From: Candidatus Woesearchaeota archaeon
GTDB lineage: Archaea; Nanobdellota; Nanobdellia; Woesearchaeales; JAHJEM01
Direction: 5' to 3'
Assembly: GCA_016929855.1 (NCBI GenBank)
Contig: JAFGHY010000092.1
Span: forward strand, 1-46,888
Length of the DNA: 46,888 nucleotides
Shown here piece by piece: positions 26,428 through 35,855 of this stretch. A program made the position numbers and the translations under genes. The notes beneath the pieces are model-generated. The model had not been told where the DNA came from, did no database searches, and worked only from the letters and a program-made list of their open reading frames with translations. How positions within the stretch are numbered: the stretch's first letter is position 1; the number at the start of each line of letters is the position of its first letter.

Positions 26428-26450
26428 TATTGATGAGAAGATGTCAATTT

Positions 26451-26515
26451 GCAGAACAAATAAATTTTGATTCAGCACTAGTAATAAGAACTATTCCTTT
26501 GGGTTTTTGTTCTGC
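26451..26515. repeat. 10-bp perfect inverted repeat enclosing 45 nt, between secY and the insertase gene
   Basis: gcagaacaaa (26451-26460) and tttgttctgc (26506-26515). Confidence 0.6.
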
Positions 26516-26550
26516 CTAGAATAAAATATCCATTAAAAAAGTATTACTTC

Positions 26551-26558
26551 AAAAAAAA
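26551..26558 (-). terminator. T8 run downstream of secY
   Basis: The plus strand has aaaaaaaa, which is T8 on the minus strand. It begins about 35 nt after the secY stop. Confidence 0.45.
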
Positions 26559-26591
26559 TTAAGTATAAGAAATATCATAAATATTACATTA

Positions 26592-27965
26592 TCACTTGCC
26601 CATGAACTTGCGCATCATCGGGTTCATGTCCATCATGTGCTGCTGAGCAATTTCTTCATAAAGTTTGTACACTATCATTACAGTCAGAAGCAAACCAGTA
26701 CCTGACGTCAATGCTCCACTCAAGTCTGCAAGAGCCGCAAGAATACCAACCGCAGCACCCCCCATAACCGTCAAAGGCCCAATGTATCTTTGAAGCATCC
26801 TCTCCAAAGTGCGCTCGTCCTTCCTGAAACCAGGAATCTGCAAACCAGAAGCCATCATCTGCTTAGCCTGGCTTCTCGCATCCAAACCAGCAGTCTGAAC
26901 CCAAAAGACACTGAATAGAATGCTACCTGCGATAAAAAATAAGAGGTAGGTAAAGCCTTGAACATAAGGTTCCCATCCAATATTAAAGCTGCCTTGATTT
27001 ATAAACAATCCGACAATACCCCCGCTTCCACCAGGAGCTGACAAGTATGAGATCAAGCCAGAATTTGAAATATTAGGGTCTCCAAGCCAGCCCCAATTCA
27101 CCATGCTGGCAAACAACTGCACATTAGCCAAAAGAGCAGCCACCAGGATGACAGGAATGTTCGAAGTGTACATAAAATTAAGAGGCCACCTAACACCATG
27201 CCCTCTAATCCTACCAAAAGACAAGGGAATCTCAACCTTCATGCTCTGCACGTAAACCACAATACCAAACACAACAAGCGTAGCCACAATACCTGCAAGT
27301 GCAGTAGCAGCGACCTTTGTGGCCCCAACACTCAAAGCCTGAAACAAACTAGGGATTGCTCCAGTCGCGAACTCAGGATTGGTCGGACTGGCCAGCGGAT
27401 TCAAGGCCCTCACAAAGATGCTCTGGCTGACTCCCGCAGCGATGAACAAGCTGATACCACTGCCAAAACCATACTTGGAAACAACCTCATCCATGAACAT
27501 AATCATTAGACCGCCAAGGAACAACTGAAAAATAAGGAAGAACGAACCCACTCCTTCAGCAGGGCTCAAACCTCCCATCTGCACGTAAATGATCGCCTCA
27601 AGAATAATGAACCCAATAGACAACAGCTTCTGAATTCCCTGAAACCTTTTCTTGCCCTCGTGCGTCGTCAAGTCAAACTTGACCAGACCTGAACCATTAA
27701 GCAACTGCAAGACAATTGATGCCGTGACTATAGGACCTATACCTAAACTGATTATGCTTCCAAAACTCGCTCCAAGAATAACTGAAAGAAACTCGAATCG
27801 TGACAAAGCATTATTACCAAGACCTGCCAAAGGAATCAAACCGAGAACGTAAAACAAGACAAGAACAACAAGCGTCCACTTAAGCTTAGTCTTGAAACCC
27901 TGCTTCTTCTCTTTAGGCTGGGCGACCTCAGGAAGATTATCAAGTATAGTATCAATAAACGCCAT
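26592..27965 (-). CDS. secY: preprotein translocase subunit SecY
   Basis: 457 aa with 10 TM helices. Typical N-terminus (FKTKLKWTLVVLVLFYVLGLIPL) and position at the end of the ribosomal protein cluster. Confidence 0.95.
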   Translation of the reverse strand: MAFIDTILDNLPEVAQPKEKKQGFKTKLKWTLVVLVLFYVLGLIPLAGLGNNALSRFEFLSVILGASFGSIISLGIGPIVTASIVLQLLNGSGLVKFDLTTHEGKKRFQGIQKLLSIGFIILEAIIYVQMGGLSPAEGVGSFFLIFQLFLGGLMIMFMDEVVSKYGFGSGISLFIAAGVSQSIFVRALNPLASPTNPEFATGAIPSLFQALSVGATKVAATALAGIVATLVVFGIVVYVQSMKVEIPLSFGRIRGHGVRWPLNFMYTSNIPVILVAALLANVQLFASMVNWGWLGDPNISNSGLISYLSAPGGSGGIVGLFINQGSFNIGWEPYVQGFTYLLFFIAGSILFSVFWVQTAGLDARSQAKQMMASGLQIPGFRKDERTLERMLQRYIGPLTVMGGAAVGILAALADLSGALTSGTGLLLTVMIVYKLYEEIAQQHMMDMNPMMRKFMGK

Positions 27966-27985
27966 TTTGAAATCACGTGCTAGGA

Positions 27986-27996
27986 TATTTATAAAT
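27986..27996 (-). promoter_or_regulatory. internal TATA-like box for secY
   Basis: tatttataaat (near-palindromic), centred about 27 nt upstream of the secY ATG at 27965. Confidence 0.35.
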
Positions 27997-28025
27997 TTTT
28001 ATACACCATCAACTTGGTCATTTAG

Positions 28026-28499
28026 TTACTCCTCTGCATCAGCAGCCTCTTTTTGCTTAGGAACAGCAGGCTCGTCCACAAACACTTTCCCGCCAGCAGA
28101 CTCAATCTTGTCGACGGCATGCTCGCTTGCAGAAGCAACAGTAATATAATATTTTCTTGAAGGCAGACCATTTCCGAGCAGCTTATCATACTTCATCTTC
28201 TTTAAATCAATTATGCACTCTTTTCCACTCAACGAAACAGCACCGTCCAAAGACAATGTTTTAATGTGATTTTCAATGTAAACTATAGAAATAGACCTCA
28301 TCGAGGATGTTTTGGAATTAAATCCTATCTTACCAGGTTTTTCAGTGCTCCAGTATCTTGGTTTCTTTGCATCACCACGCTTGCCTGAACCCGCTCTGCC
28401 TCGACCGCCTCTGTGACCAGCACCTCTGTGCTTTTTCTTGGCACCCCAACCGTGAGTATGGGAGCCTCTTTGCCGTGAATTCTTAGTTCTTTTTATCAT
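28026..28499 (-). CDS. rpl15: 50S ribosomal protein L15 (uL15)
   Basis: Gly/Arg-rich N-terminus (RQRGSHTHGWGAKKKHRGAGHRGGRGRAGSGKRG) and cluster position. Confidence 0.9.
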   Translation of the reverse strand: MIKRTKNSRQRGSHTHGWGAKKKHRGAGHRGGRGRAGSGKRGDAKKPRYWSTEKPGKIGFNSKTSSMRSISIVYIENHIKTLSLDGAVSLSGKECIIDLKKMKYDKLLGNGLPSRKYYITVASASEHAVDKIESAGGKVFVDEPAVPKQKEAADAEE

Positions 28500-28547
28500 A
28501 CTGCACCATCACCAAATGTAACATAATGTATTACACAATCTTCTTAA

Positions 28548-29027
28548 TCATAACATCTTCCTGATTAGAGCATTAATCTTGTCTTTCCTGTCTCCAAGAA
28601 CTCCTCCTTTAGTGTAAGATTTCTTGATACCCTCTCTTTCAAAACCACCCCTGGGAGGATGTAAAGTATGAGCGTACCTAGACCTGCTCTTGGCTTTTGA
28701 TGAAATAGGCCTTTTTTCTCTCAACAATCCAAGAGTCTCAGCATCAATAATGCCGTAAGCAACATAATTCTTCACCTTGTTTAACATACCGCGGTTTGTA
28801 GGATTATCCTGAACAATCACACAGTTATGCTTCCTTCTAAGGTGAAGCATGAATAAAGTATCCTTTGCGTCCTGCCTGACACCCATAAGGCCTCTGACCA
28901 GCACTACAGCCAGCATCCTTTTATTTGATGTGTCTGATGTGCCTAAAAAGCTCTTCTTGAGAGTACTAGAAAGTATAGGTTGCTTTTTCACAGCATGTTT
29001 TTTTGCTGCATCATCAACTGCTTTCAT
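28548..29027 (-). CDS. rpl30: 50S ribosomal protein L30 (uL30)
   Basis: Motif LAVVLVRGLMGVRQDAKDTLFMLHLRRKHNCVIV...GMLNKVKNYVAYG. The ATG at 29027 has GGAGGT 6 nt upstream; the tracked ORF extends to 29048. Confidence 0.88.
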   Translation of the reverse strand: MKAVDDAAKKHAVKKQPILSSTLKKSFLGTSDTSNKRMLAVVLVRGLMGVRQDAKDTLFMLHLRRKHNCVIVQDNPTNRGMLNKVKNYVAYGIIDAETLGLLREKRPISSKAKSRSRYAHTLHPPRGGFEREGIKKSYTKGGVLGDRKDKINALIRKML

Positions 29028-29811
29028 TTGATACCTCCACAGCACCATCCCTCACACCCAGAGCATCATAATCCTTGGGGCGCAGTTTTGTCGTCGAAAG
29101 CTTCCTCAAAGCATCTTCCAATGCATAAATAAGATTTATCTTGTTCTTTGTCTGGCCGAAACTCTTTGACCAAACATCCGACACTCCTGCCAGCGCCAAG
29201 ACTTTAGCGCATTCCTTCTCAACACAAAGACCCTTACCCCTCGGAGCAGGTTTCAATCGAATACGGACCGAACCGCACTTGCCCTCAACCTCAAAAGGAA
29301 CAGTATGAGGCGTCTTGCACTCGCACTCCCAGGAACCGCAACCTCTCCTGATTTTGAAGACATTAATCTTTGCCTTCCTCAAAGATTTCTCCCTTGCAGG
29401 AACAGTCTCTTTTGCCTTACCATAACCAATGCCGACATGACCATTGTGGTCTCCGACAATAGCCAGCGTCGAAAACTTGGGCTTGTTTCCTTCGTTTGTC
29501 TTCTTCTGTGTTTGACGGAATATTCTCCTCTGACCGCCGCCGAACTTACCCTTAGACTGGCCTATCAACAAGAGATCTGACTCCAGATCAAGCAAAGACT
29601 CTGTAATCTGCTCCTCCAATATAGCCTGGCCCTCGTCCAAAATTTTATCAATATCTGTAATCTCCTTGTTCTTAACCTTCAAGCCCAAACTAGTCTTGGG
29701 CTTCCACTCTTCCAGTCTCTGCGAAAGCATCTGCTTCTGATCAGGACCCCCCCTATATTGCGAACCTCTCGAAGGTGAACTTCTGCTTCTTGGTTTTTGT
29801 GACTTATCCAT
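29014..29811 (-). CDS. rps5: 30S ribosomal protein S5 (uS5) with an Arg/Ser/Gly-rich N-terminal extension
   Basis: Motifs VGDHNGHVGIGYGKAKETVPAREKSLRKAK and VEKECAKVLALAGVSDVWSKSFG. Confidence 0.9.
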   Translation of the reverse strand: MDKSQKPRSRSSPSRGSQYRGGPDQKQMLSQRLEEWKPKTSLGLKVKNKEITDIDKILDEGQAILEEQITESLLDLESDLLLIGQSKGKFGGGQRRIFRQTQKKTNEGNKPKFSTLAIVGDHNGHVGIGYGKAKETVPAREKSLRKAKINVFKIRRGCGSWECECKTPHTVPFEVEGKCGSVRIRLKPAPRGKGLCVEKECAKVLALAGVSDVWSKSFGQTKNKINLIYALEDALRKLSTTKLRPKDYDALGVRDGAVEVSNESS

Positions 29812-29833
29812 TTTAACTACAGACCTGACAAAA

Positions 29834-30382
29834 TCATGCCTTCAGGACTGCCTCCTTTATCTTGCTGAAATCATCTGTTATTGATTTGATGGTCTTCGAC
29901 TTTGAAAACTGATTACCTTTGACACCTGCTTCTGCATATGACTTGATATGAGTTCCTGAAATCCTTTCATCAGCAGGGAAAACATCTTGTGACACAGGAA
30001 CATTCAAACCGCCATCAACGACACCCTTTACAACAGCATAAAGTCTGGAACCAGGAACATGAGAATGAAGACCTATATCCAAGATTGCTTCAGACACACC
30101 TCCTTTTGCTTTTTTTGCAAGCAACAATCCAGTAAGGTATGCTGCAGGAATGTTCTTCAACCCGTGCTTCCAACCCTTCTCCTGCAACTCAGACGACAAG
30201 CAGCTGACCTTGACCTGATCTCCTTTGTCTGAATAATCAACCAGTTGAGCGATAACCTGATTGTTTGAAAGTCTGACAACCAGCCTCGTCTTCCTGCTCT
30301 TCAGCAATTCAAGCCTCTTGCGATAGTTCGTCCTGCCATTTCGCTTCCTGCGAAACTGAACAACTGTTTTTTTGTGTGACAT
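29834..30382 (-). CDS. rpl18: 50S ribosomal protein L18 (uL18)
   Basis: Motif RRKRNGRTNYRKRLELLKSRKTRLVVRLSNNQVIAQLV. The ATG at 30382 has GAGGA 7 nt upstream. Confidence 0.9.
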   Translation of the reverse strand: MSHKKTVVQFRRKRNGRTNYRKRLELLKSRKTRLVVRLSNNQVIAQLVDYSDKGDQVKVSCLSSELQEKGWKHGLKNIPAAYLTGLLLAKKAKGGVSEAILDIGLHSHVPGSRLYAVVKGVVDGGLNVPVSQDVFPADERISGTHIKSYAEAGVKGNQFSKSKTIKSITDDFSKIKEAVLKA

Positions 30383-30405
30383 TTTTTTCCTCAACAAAAA
30401 GAAAA

Positions 30406-30867
30406 TCAAGATTTTTGACTTTCCTTGAAGTAACCCTTATCTGTAACGTAAAGTTTAATGTGCCTCTTGCTCCTGAAGAAACCACCCTTCACTTTCGAAT
30501 ACAAGTCCTTATACGCGGTATTGTCAATTGACCCGTTCTCCTTCAATGATGCAATAAAATCCCTCTGCAACCTAATCCGGTTCATCCAAGTCTCCTTGCT
30601 ATCTGCTCTAGCATTATAGCTTCCCTTCCTCCTGCCAGTCCCTTTCCTCAGACCCTTGTTCTTCTGCACCTGCCTCTTCCTTGCCCTATGACGGGAATTT
30701 CTCGACGGAACCTCAACTTGAATAACACCTTCCCTGACCAAAGACCTAACATCAGTCTTTGTAATGGCCTCCTTAATATCCTCCAACCTGGAAGGATCTA
30801 AAGCCACCTTCTTCTTGGACACCTTTAAGATGCCTCCTGCTAGTTTCTTTTGATGCTTCAAGTTCAT
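30406..30867 (-). CDS. rpl19e: 50S ribosomal protein L19e (eL19)
   Basis: Motif LKHQKKLAGGILKVSKKKVALDPSRLEDIKEAITKTDVRSLVREGVI. ATG at 30867. Confidence 0.9.
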   Translation of the reverse strand: MNLKHQKKLAGGILKVSKKKVALDPSRLEDIKEAITKTDVRSLVREGVIQVEVPSRNSRHRARKRQVQKNKGLRKGTGRRKGSYNARADSKETWMNRIRLQRDFIASLKENGSIDNTAYKDLYSKVKGGFFRSKRHIKLYVTDKGYFKESQKS

Positions 30868-30872
30868 GATTA

Positions 30873-31400
30873 TCACGCACTCTTAGTTACTAAAATCTTA
30901 TCCTTCTCCTTCTTTTCTTCTTTTTTCCTCTCTTCATCAGTTTCTGGCTTCGTTTTCTTCAAATCTTCAGATGACTCTTTTTCTTTCTTCTTCTCTTCAG
31001 ATTTCTTTCCAGATTCTTTCTTCAGCTTCTGCTTTTCAAGTCTTGCCTGCTTTTTGGCAAGAATCTTTTTGTTCCTTGCAGCAAGAGTATCAGTGGATAA
31101 GTTCAATAGCTTGATTCCTACTTTCTCAGCAGCATCCAACAACTCCTTCTGTTTTTTGAGACCAACGCTCGCTGAAACACATGCTTTTGTTGCAGGAGAT
31201 AAACCTTCAAGCTGACTTGCAGAGGATATAATCACAATATCATCTCTGCTCGACCTGGCATTGCCATAACCAGTGGTTGGTTTTTTCAGGTAGCCTCTTT
31301 TGTTCAATCTCATCTTACTCTGAAGTCCTTTAGCCCGCCTATACTTGAAACCGACCCTGCTTTTTCCATGCGCGTTTTGTCTAGTGAATATCATTTTCAT
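30873..31400 (-). CDS. rpl32e: 50S ribosomal protein L32e (eL32) with a K/E-rich tail
   Basis: Core FKYRRAKGLQSKMRLNKRGYLKKPTTGYGNARSSRD, followed by a tail of about 60 aa rich in K, E and S. Confidence 0.88.
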   Translation of the reverse strand: MKMIFTRQNAHGKSRVGFKYRRAKGLQSKMRLNKRGYLKKPTTGYGNARSSRDDIVIISSASQLEGLSPATKACVSASVGLKKQKELLDAAEKVGIKLLNLSTDTLAARNKKILAKKQARLEKQKLKKESGKKSEEKKKEKESSEDLKKTKPETDEERKKEEKKEKDKILVTKSA

Positions 31401-31414
31401 TTTTCTAACAGTGC

Positions 31415-31987
31415 CTACACTGCCTTACCATCCTTTTCTATCATATAAATGCCGTCCTGAAACACTCTGTGATCAAACCCCGGTCTTCTCGTCAATAATT
31501 CAATTGAAGACGCAACTGTTGATACAAGCTCTTTCTCAATGCCTGACACTACAACAATCTCTCCCTCAATCTTCACTTCAGCACCTTTCTTTACCTTCAC
31601 AGTCCTAGGAACTTTCTCTCCTATGAAATTCTTTATCTCAAAAACATCTCCTTTCATACCCACTGACATTGGAAAGTGCCCCGAGCATATCTTCAGCCTG
31701 TATTCATGCCCTTTTGTAACCCCTTTTATTATGTTGTTAATGTGAGACTTCATTGTGAAAAGAATCTTCTTTTCTCTTTTTGAAGCGGACTTTGACAGCA
31801 CAAGAATCTCTGAACCTTGACAATCCAGTGTGAAATTCTTGCTAGTCAACTTTCGAACAATACTCCCCTTAGGACCTGTTACCTCTATGATATTCTTCTT
31901 AGTATCAACAACTTTCGCCGAAACCCTTTCGGGCAGTGCAATTTTGATGCTGATATCTTGTTTCATCTTGACAGCCAATCTCTTCAT
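31415..31987 (-). CDS. rpl6: 50S ribosomal protein L6 (uL6)
   Basis: Motif IALPERVSAKVVDTKKNIIEVTGPKGSIVRKL and cluster position. The start may be the internal ATG at 31966. Confidence 0.88.
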   Translation of the reverse strand: MKRLAVKMKQDISIKIALPERVSAKVVDTKKNIIEVTGPKGSIVRKLTSKNFTLDCQGSEILVLSKSASKREKKILFTMKSHINNIIKGVTKGHEYRLKICSGHFPMSVGMKGDVFEIKNFIGEKVPRTVKVKKGAEVKIEGEIVVVSGIEKELVSTVASSIELLTRRPGFDHRVFQDGIYMIEKDGKAV

Positions 31988-31996
31988 ACTGCAAAA

Positions 31997-32389
31997 CTAG
32001 TAGCAGTATGCAAGAAGCTTACCTCCAATATTCTTTTCTTTTGCCTGCTGGTGCGTCATCAATCCCTGATTCGTGCTGATTATCATTATCCCTGTTTCCC
32101 TGGCAGGCAGATACCTTTTCTCAAAGTACTCTATCTTATCAACTCCAATCTGAAAGTTAGGCCTGATAACTCCTGTCTTATTTATAACCCCCAGCAGATT
32201 GACCACCAAAGCATCACCTTTTGAATCTTTTATCTCTTCGTAACTACCAATATAGCCTTCATCCTTGAAGATATCAAGAATCTTCTTTATTATCTTTGAA
32301 TTGAATTTTGTGTGCAACGTCTTCTTTCCTGCCGCATCATAATTAGTGACGTGGCTCAATACATTCGCAAGAGTGTTGTTCAATGTCAT
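31997..32389 (-). CDS. rps8: 30S ribosomal protein S8 (uS8)
   Basis: N-terminus NTLANVLSHVTNYDAAGKKTL. 130 aa, and cluster position. Confidence 0.9.
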   Translation of the reverse strand: MTLNNTLANVLSHVTNYDAAGKKTLHTKFNSKIIKKILDIFKDEGYIGSYEEIKDSKGDALVVNLLGVINKTGVIRPNFQIGVDKIEYFEKRYLPARETGIMIISTNQGLMTHQQAKEKNIGGKLLAYCY

Positions 32390-32397
32390 TTTTTCTC

Positions 32398-32640
32398 CTA
32401 ATCAAATTTCTTGAATCCTAATTTTGTTGAATTGTCCCTAAAGCACTGCCTGCAAAGATGCAAGCCATACTTGCTTATGTGACCGCCAGTCCTGCCGCAC
32501 CTGCTGCACTTTTTTGTGCTTTCACCAAACTTTCTTTTTCTCGGAGTGTTGTTCTTCTCCCATTTCTTCAGCTTTGCAGGTTTCAATTTCAGCTGCACCA
32601 GGACCTTGTTGTAATCTGAAGTCGTCATTTTATTCATCAC
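32398..32640 (-). CDS. rps14: 30S ribosomal protein S14 (uS14, zinc-binding type) with an N-terminal extension
   Basis: Motif [24 protein letters not shown]. The start is uncertain (32640 or 32628). Confidence 0.88.
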   Translation of the reverse strand: MMNKMTTSDYNKVLVQLKLKPAKLKKWEKNNTPRKRKFGESTKKCSRCGRTGGHISKYGLHLCRQCFRDNSTKLGFKKFD

Positions 32641-33142
32641 CTATCTTAATATTGAACTGCTTCTTGAAAAAATCATAAGCTTCAATCTTTGAGATACCGT
32701 GGTTCTTATGAATTCTTCTCTTGAGAATTTTTCGCCTCTTAATCCTGAAACCAGGCCTTTCAAGAGTGATACTCGCCTGCAATCCAATTATGCCTATCTC
32801 AGGATCGTACTTTATCCCAGGAATATCAATGTACTCATGAATGCCGAATGAAATGTTGCCGTACTCATCAAAACAGCTTGGATTGAGCTTATTGTCCTTG
32901 GCAGCAAGCAGTTTCTGAATCAGCTCTGTAGCCTGACCATTCCTCAAAGTAATTTTACAGCCGATAGGCAGGCCTTTCCTCAAACCCCACTGAGCAATCC
33001 TCTTGCTTGTGATTGTCTTCACAGGAGGTTTGCCAGTGATGTGCTCAAGCAACTTCATACCTTTTGCTAGATGCGACTGCTCCTTGCCGGCACCAAAATT
33101 CAGTGTCAGCTTCTCAATCCTGATATCCCTCATTTTGTTCAT
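32630..33142 (-). CDS. rpl5: 50S ribosomal protein L5 (uL5)
   Basis: Motif [19 protein letters not shown]...[13 protein letters not shown], and cluster position. Confidence 0.9.
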   Translation of the reverse strand: MNKMRDIRIEKLTLNFGAGKEQSHLAKGMKLLEHITGKPPVKTITSKRIAQWGLRKGLPIGCKITLRNGQATELIQKLLAAKDNKLNPSCFDEYGNISFGIHEYIDIPGIKYDPEIGIIGLQASITLERPGFRIKRRKILKRRIHKNHGISKIEAYDFFKKQFNIKIGDE

Positions 33143-33843
33143 TTTGCCATAATATCCAATTTCTTGTCAGCAGGAAGGACTATCAAGTACTGTTTGTTGG
33201 TCGTAACATTCTTTCCCTCACCTGATTGCATAGTAACATGCCTATCTGAAATCGTCTGGATGCTTCCATGAACGCCTGTGTGAATGCCCTTGAAAACAAA
33301 CGCTTCAACGCCCGCCTTCATATTCTGGTGGGATACTATCTTCTGAGACGGCAACTCAAGCACCAGACTGTCTCCTGTCTTATACGAGTTCTTCTCTTTG
33401 ACATCAATAAGGATGTTTCTCCCTCCAAAAAGGTTCAGTTGTTTAACACCCCCCTTTTTGAGCACAATATTCTCAATTTTCGATAATTTGAGCTTTGATT
33501 CTTTTTCATTAATCTTCTTCGGAAAAAGTTTGCCCTTCGTGGACAACACGATTCTGTAGCTGGCCTCGCTATCCGTCAGAGTTACTACATCCATGAAACC
33601 GACAGGATATTTGATATTATATCTTCTTTTGCCATCTACTAAAACTTGGTTGTTCTTCAACAAGTACTTTGCCTCTTTTATGGTCTTAACCTTATTAAGA
33701 ACATCTCTCAACAGCACGCCCAAAGGAACAGATAACTCCATCTTTTGCGCTCCAGGATTTGGCCGCACTACAAACTTCAATAATCTTCTCTTGACACTCC
33801 ACTGGGTGGGTGTTGCTGGTCTTTTCAAGTGGCTTTTTGTCAT
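33139..33843 (-). CDS. rps4e: 30S ribosomal protein S4e (eS4)
   Basis: Motif HLKRPATPTQWSVKRRLLKFVVRPNPG. 234 aa. Confidence 0.9.
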   Translation of the reverse strand: MTKSHLKRPATPTQWSVKRRLLKFVVRPNPGAQKMELSVPLGVLLRDVLNKVKTIKEAKYLLKNNQVLVDGKRRYNIKYPVGFMDVVTLTDSEASYRIVLSTKGKLFPKKINEKESKLKLSKIENIVLKKGGVKQLNLFGGRNILIDVKEKNSYKTGDSLVLELPSQKIVSHQNMKAGVEAFVFKGIHTGVHGSIQTISDRHVTMQSGEGKNVTTNKQYLIVLPADKKLDIMAK

Positions 33844-33845
33844 TT

Positions 33846-34271
33846 TCAGTTCTTCTTGACAACTGTTTTTTCAGATGCCTTCTCCAAAACTTTCTTCTTA
33901 ATCCTTCTTTTGTCCTGACTAGTGATTTCAGTAATCATGAGATTTGAGGGATCCAAAGGATAAGGTATCTTATTGCCGTCCTTCTTTGAAATCTCAATCT
34001 TATCCACAAAAACCTTTAATTTCTTAAGGTCTGCACTTGAGACTTTTCCTTCTTTTCCCTTATGCGAACCTCTTAACACTTTCACCTTGTCGCCTTTCCT
34101 GACGCCCAATGATTTTATACCCATCTTCTGTTTCAGCTCTTTAGAGAGGGCGCATGAAAGCATTTTTCGTTTAATATGAGCTGGAGCATTATACCTGTAC
34201 TTACGCTGCTTCCTTGGCTGAACACTTTCAATCCACGTTCTTGAAAAGTCTGACTTCATTTTTTTCCTCAA
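33846..34271 (-). CDS. rpl24: 50S ribosomal protein L24 (uL24)
   Basis: KOW motif RKGDKVKVLRGSHKGKEGKV, and cluster position. Confidence 0.9.
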   Translation of the reverse strand: MRKKMKSDFSRTWIESVQPRKQRKYRYNAPAHIKRKMLSCALSKELKQKMGIKSLGVRKGDKVKVLRGSHKGKEGKVSSADLKKLKVFVDKIEISKKDGNKIPYPLDPSNLMITEITSQDKRRIKKKVLEKASEKTVVKKN

Positions 34272-34310
34272 TCAATATTCATCAATATTCAACTACGTTG
34301 TGGTGTCATA

Positions 34311-34712
34311 TCATACAATTATGCTTGCTACCTTTGCAACTGCAGGCCATCTTTCACATGCTTCTTTCGCCAAAGGTCCTTTAAATATCGTGCCTTTAGG
34401 ATTTCCTTTGTCGTCCTTAAGCACAACAGCAGAGTTGTCCTCAAACTTGACTCTCGTCCCATCTGCTCGCCTGTACTCTTTTCTCTGCCTCACAATCACC
34501 GCGAACACGACCTGCTTTCGCATGTCCGGCCGTCCTTTCTTCACTGAAGCCATAACCATATCCCCTACGCCAGCTCCTGGAACTCTTCCTTTCACTGTCT
34601 TTTTTCGCTTAACAGCAGTTATCTTAAGCACTTTGGCGCCAGAGTTGTCACAAGTCTCTAAATAGGTTCCTACGCTTATACCATTTGTGACATTTGCTTT
34701 AACGGCTTTCAT
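34311..34712 (-). CDS. rpl14: 50S ribosomal protein L14 (uL14)
   Basis: Motif LETCDNSGAKVLKITAVKRKKTVKGRVPGAGVGDMVMASVKKG. 133 aa. Confidence 0.92.
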   Translation of the reverse strand: MKAVKANVTNGISVGTYLETCDNSGAKVLKITAVKRKKTVKGRVPGAGVGDMVMASVKKGRPDMRKQVVFAVIVRQRKEYRRADGTRVKFEDNSAVVLKDDKGNPKGTIFKGPLAKEACERWPAVAKVASIIV

Positions 34713-34714
34713 TT

Positions 34715-35086
34715 CTACCTCTTAACAGCATTACTCTCTGCAGACTTTGTAATGATTTCATCAGCAAGCACTCTTGTCACGACAAAACACTTTGTCTTTG
34801 ACAAAGGTCTTGTTTCCTGAATCTCGACCACATCCCCTTCTTTTGCATTAATACTTCCAGGATTGTGGGCTTTAACATGAGTCCTTCTCTTCTCGTATCG
34901 TTCATACTTGCTGCTGTAAAGCCTCCTGTCCCATTCGACAGTCACTGTCTTGGCCATCCTGTCAGAAACGACCTTTCCAACAAAAGTCCTTCCTCTAGGA
35001 ATGATGCCGTCATAGACTGCCAGCAACTTATCTTCTGACTTTACAGTCTTGCCATCCTGTTTTTCGTTTTTTTCATCTTTTTTCAT
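34715..35086 (-). CDS. rps17: 30S ribosomal protein S17 (uS17)
   Basis: Motif PRGRTFVGKVVSDRMAKTVTVEWDR...EGDVVEIQETRPLSKTK. Confidence 0.9.
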   Translation of the reverse strand: MKKDEKNEKQDGKTVKSEDKLLAVYDGIIPRGRTFVGKVVSDRMAKTVTVEWDRRLYSSKYERYEKRRTHVKAHNPGSINAKEGDVVEIQETRPLSKTKCFVVTRVLADEIITKSAESNAVKR

Positions 35087-35334
35087 TTTCTTTGCTTCAG
35101 CCTTTCCTCAGGCCTCTTGAGGATTTCATCCCCAACAAATTTTCTTCCGCTGATGTCAAACACAGATCCTGACTTTAGTATCTTGATTGTTCTTTCCTTG
35201 CTATTGACCTGGCACCGTATCGTGAAAGTATTCTTCGACTCGGCAACAACTTCTCCCTGCAACCCTTCAAACCCTAAGTGATTGCTTTGAATCACCTTCA
35301 GCCTCTCGCCGATGCTCAATTTCATCCTTGTCAT
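35083..35334 (-). CDS. rnp1: RNase P protein component 1 (Rpp29/Pop4)
   Basis: 83-aa Sm-like barrel (GLQGEVVAESKNTFTIRC...RTIKILKSGSVFDISGRKFVGDEILKRPEERLK) in the conserved slot between sui1 and rps17. Confidence 0.8.
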   Translation of the reverse strand: MTRMKLSIGERLKVIQSNHLGFEGLQGEVVAESKNTFTIRCQVNSKERTIKILKSGSVFDISGRKFVGDEILKRPEERLKQRK

Positions 35335-35340
35335 GTTTGC

Positions 35341-35652
35341 CTATCCTTTGATGTCGATTGTATCAGGTGAAAAATCCAACTCGATCAAAGCTTTCTTAAG
35401 CTTCTTCAAATGATTTCCCTGAAGCTCGACATAGTTCCCTTTTGAGGTGCCTCCACATGCGAATCTTTCCTTGAGCGCTTTTGTCAGTTCTTTTAGATTA
35501 ATACTCGAACCGCCAAACCCCTCAATGAGAGTATACTTCTTGCCGAACTTCTTCTTAATCACTTTTGCAGTAATCTTTTGACTTTCCCTTGCGATTGATT
35601 CACAAACGCAAAGTTCCTCTGGTAAACCACAAGTAGTGCATATTTTCGTCAT
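35341..35652 (-). CDS. sui1: translation initiation factor aIF1/SUI1
   Basis: N-terminal CTTCGLPEELCVC zinc knuckle plus the SUI1 fold (YTLIEGF....LKELTKALKERFACGGT..GNYVELQGNH). Confidence 0.85.
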   Translation of the reverse strand: MTKICTTCGLPEELCVCESIARESQKITAKVIKKKFGKKYTLIEGFGGSSINLKELTKALKERFACGGTSKGNYVELQGNHLKKLKKALIELDFSPDTIDIKG

Positions 35653-35660
35653 TGTTTACC

Positions 35661-35855
35661 CTACTGCACCCCTCTAGTTTTTTTAATGGTGTTGATACGG
35701 GCAACCATTCTCTTCAAAAGCAGAATCTGCTTGGGATTCTTGGGTGGCGTGCCCGAAGCGGATTGTGATCTGAGCTTCATTAAATCCAATTCAATCTCCT
35801 CAAGCTTCTTGTCCAAAGCAACATTCTCCATCTGCTCAAGCTCCTTGAATTTCAT
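35661..35855 (-). CDS. rpl29: 50S ribosomal protein L29 (uL29)
   Basis: 64-aa helical protein (KLEEIELDLMKLRSQSASG..KNPKQILLLKRMVARINT). Confidence 0.88.
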   Translation of the reverse strand: MKFKELEQMENVALDKKLEEIELDLMKLRSQSASGTPPKNPKQILLLKRMVARINTIKKTRGVQ

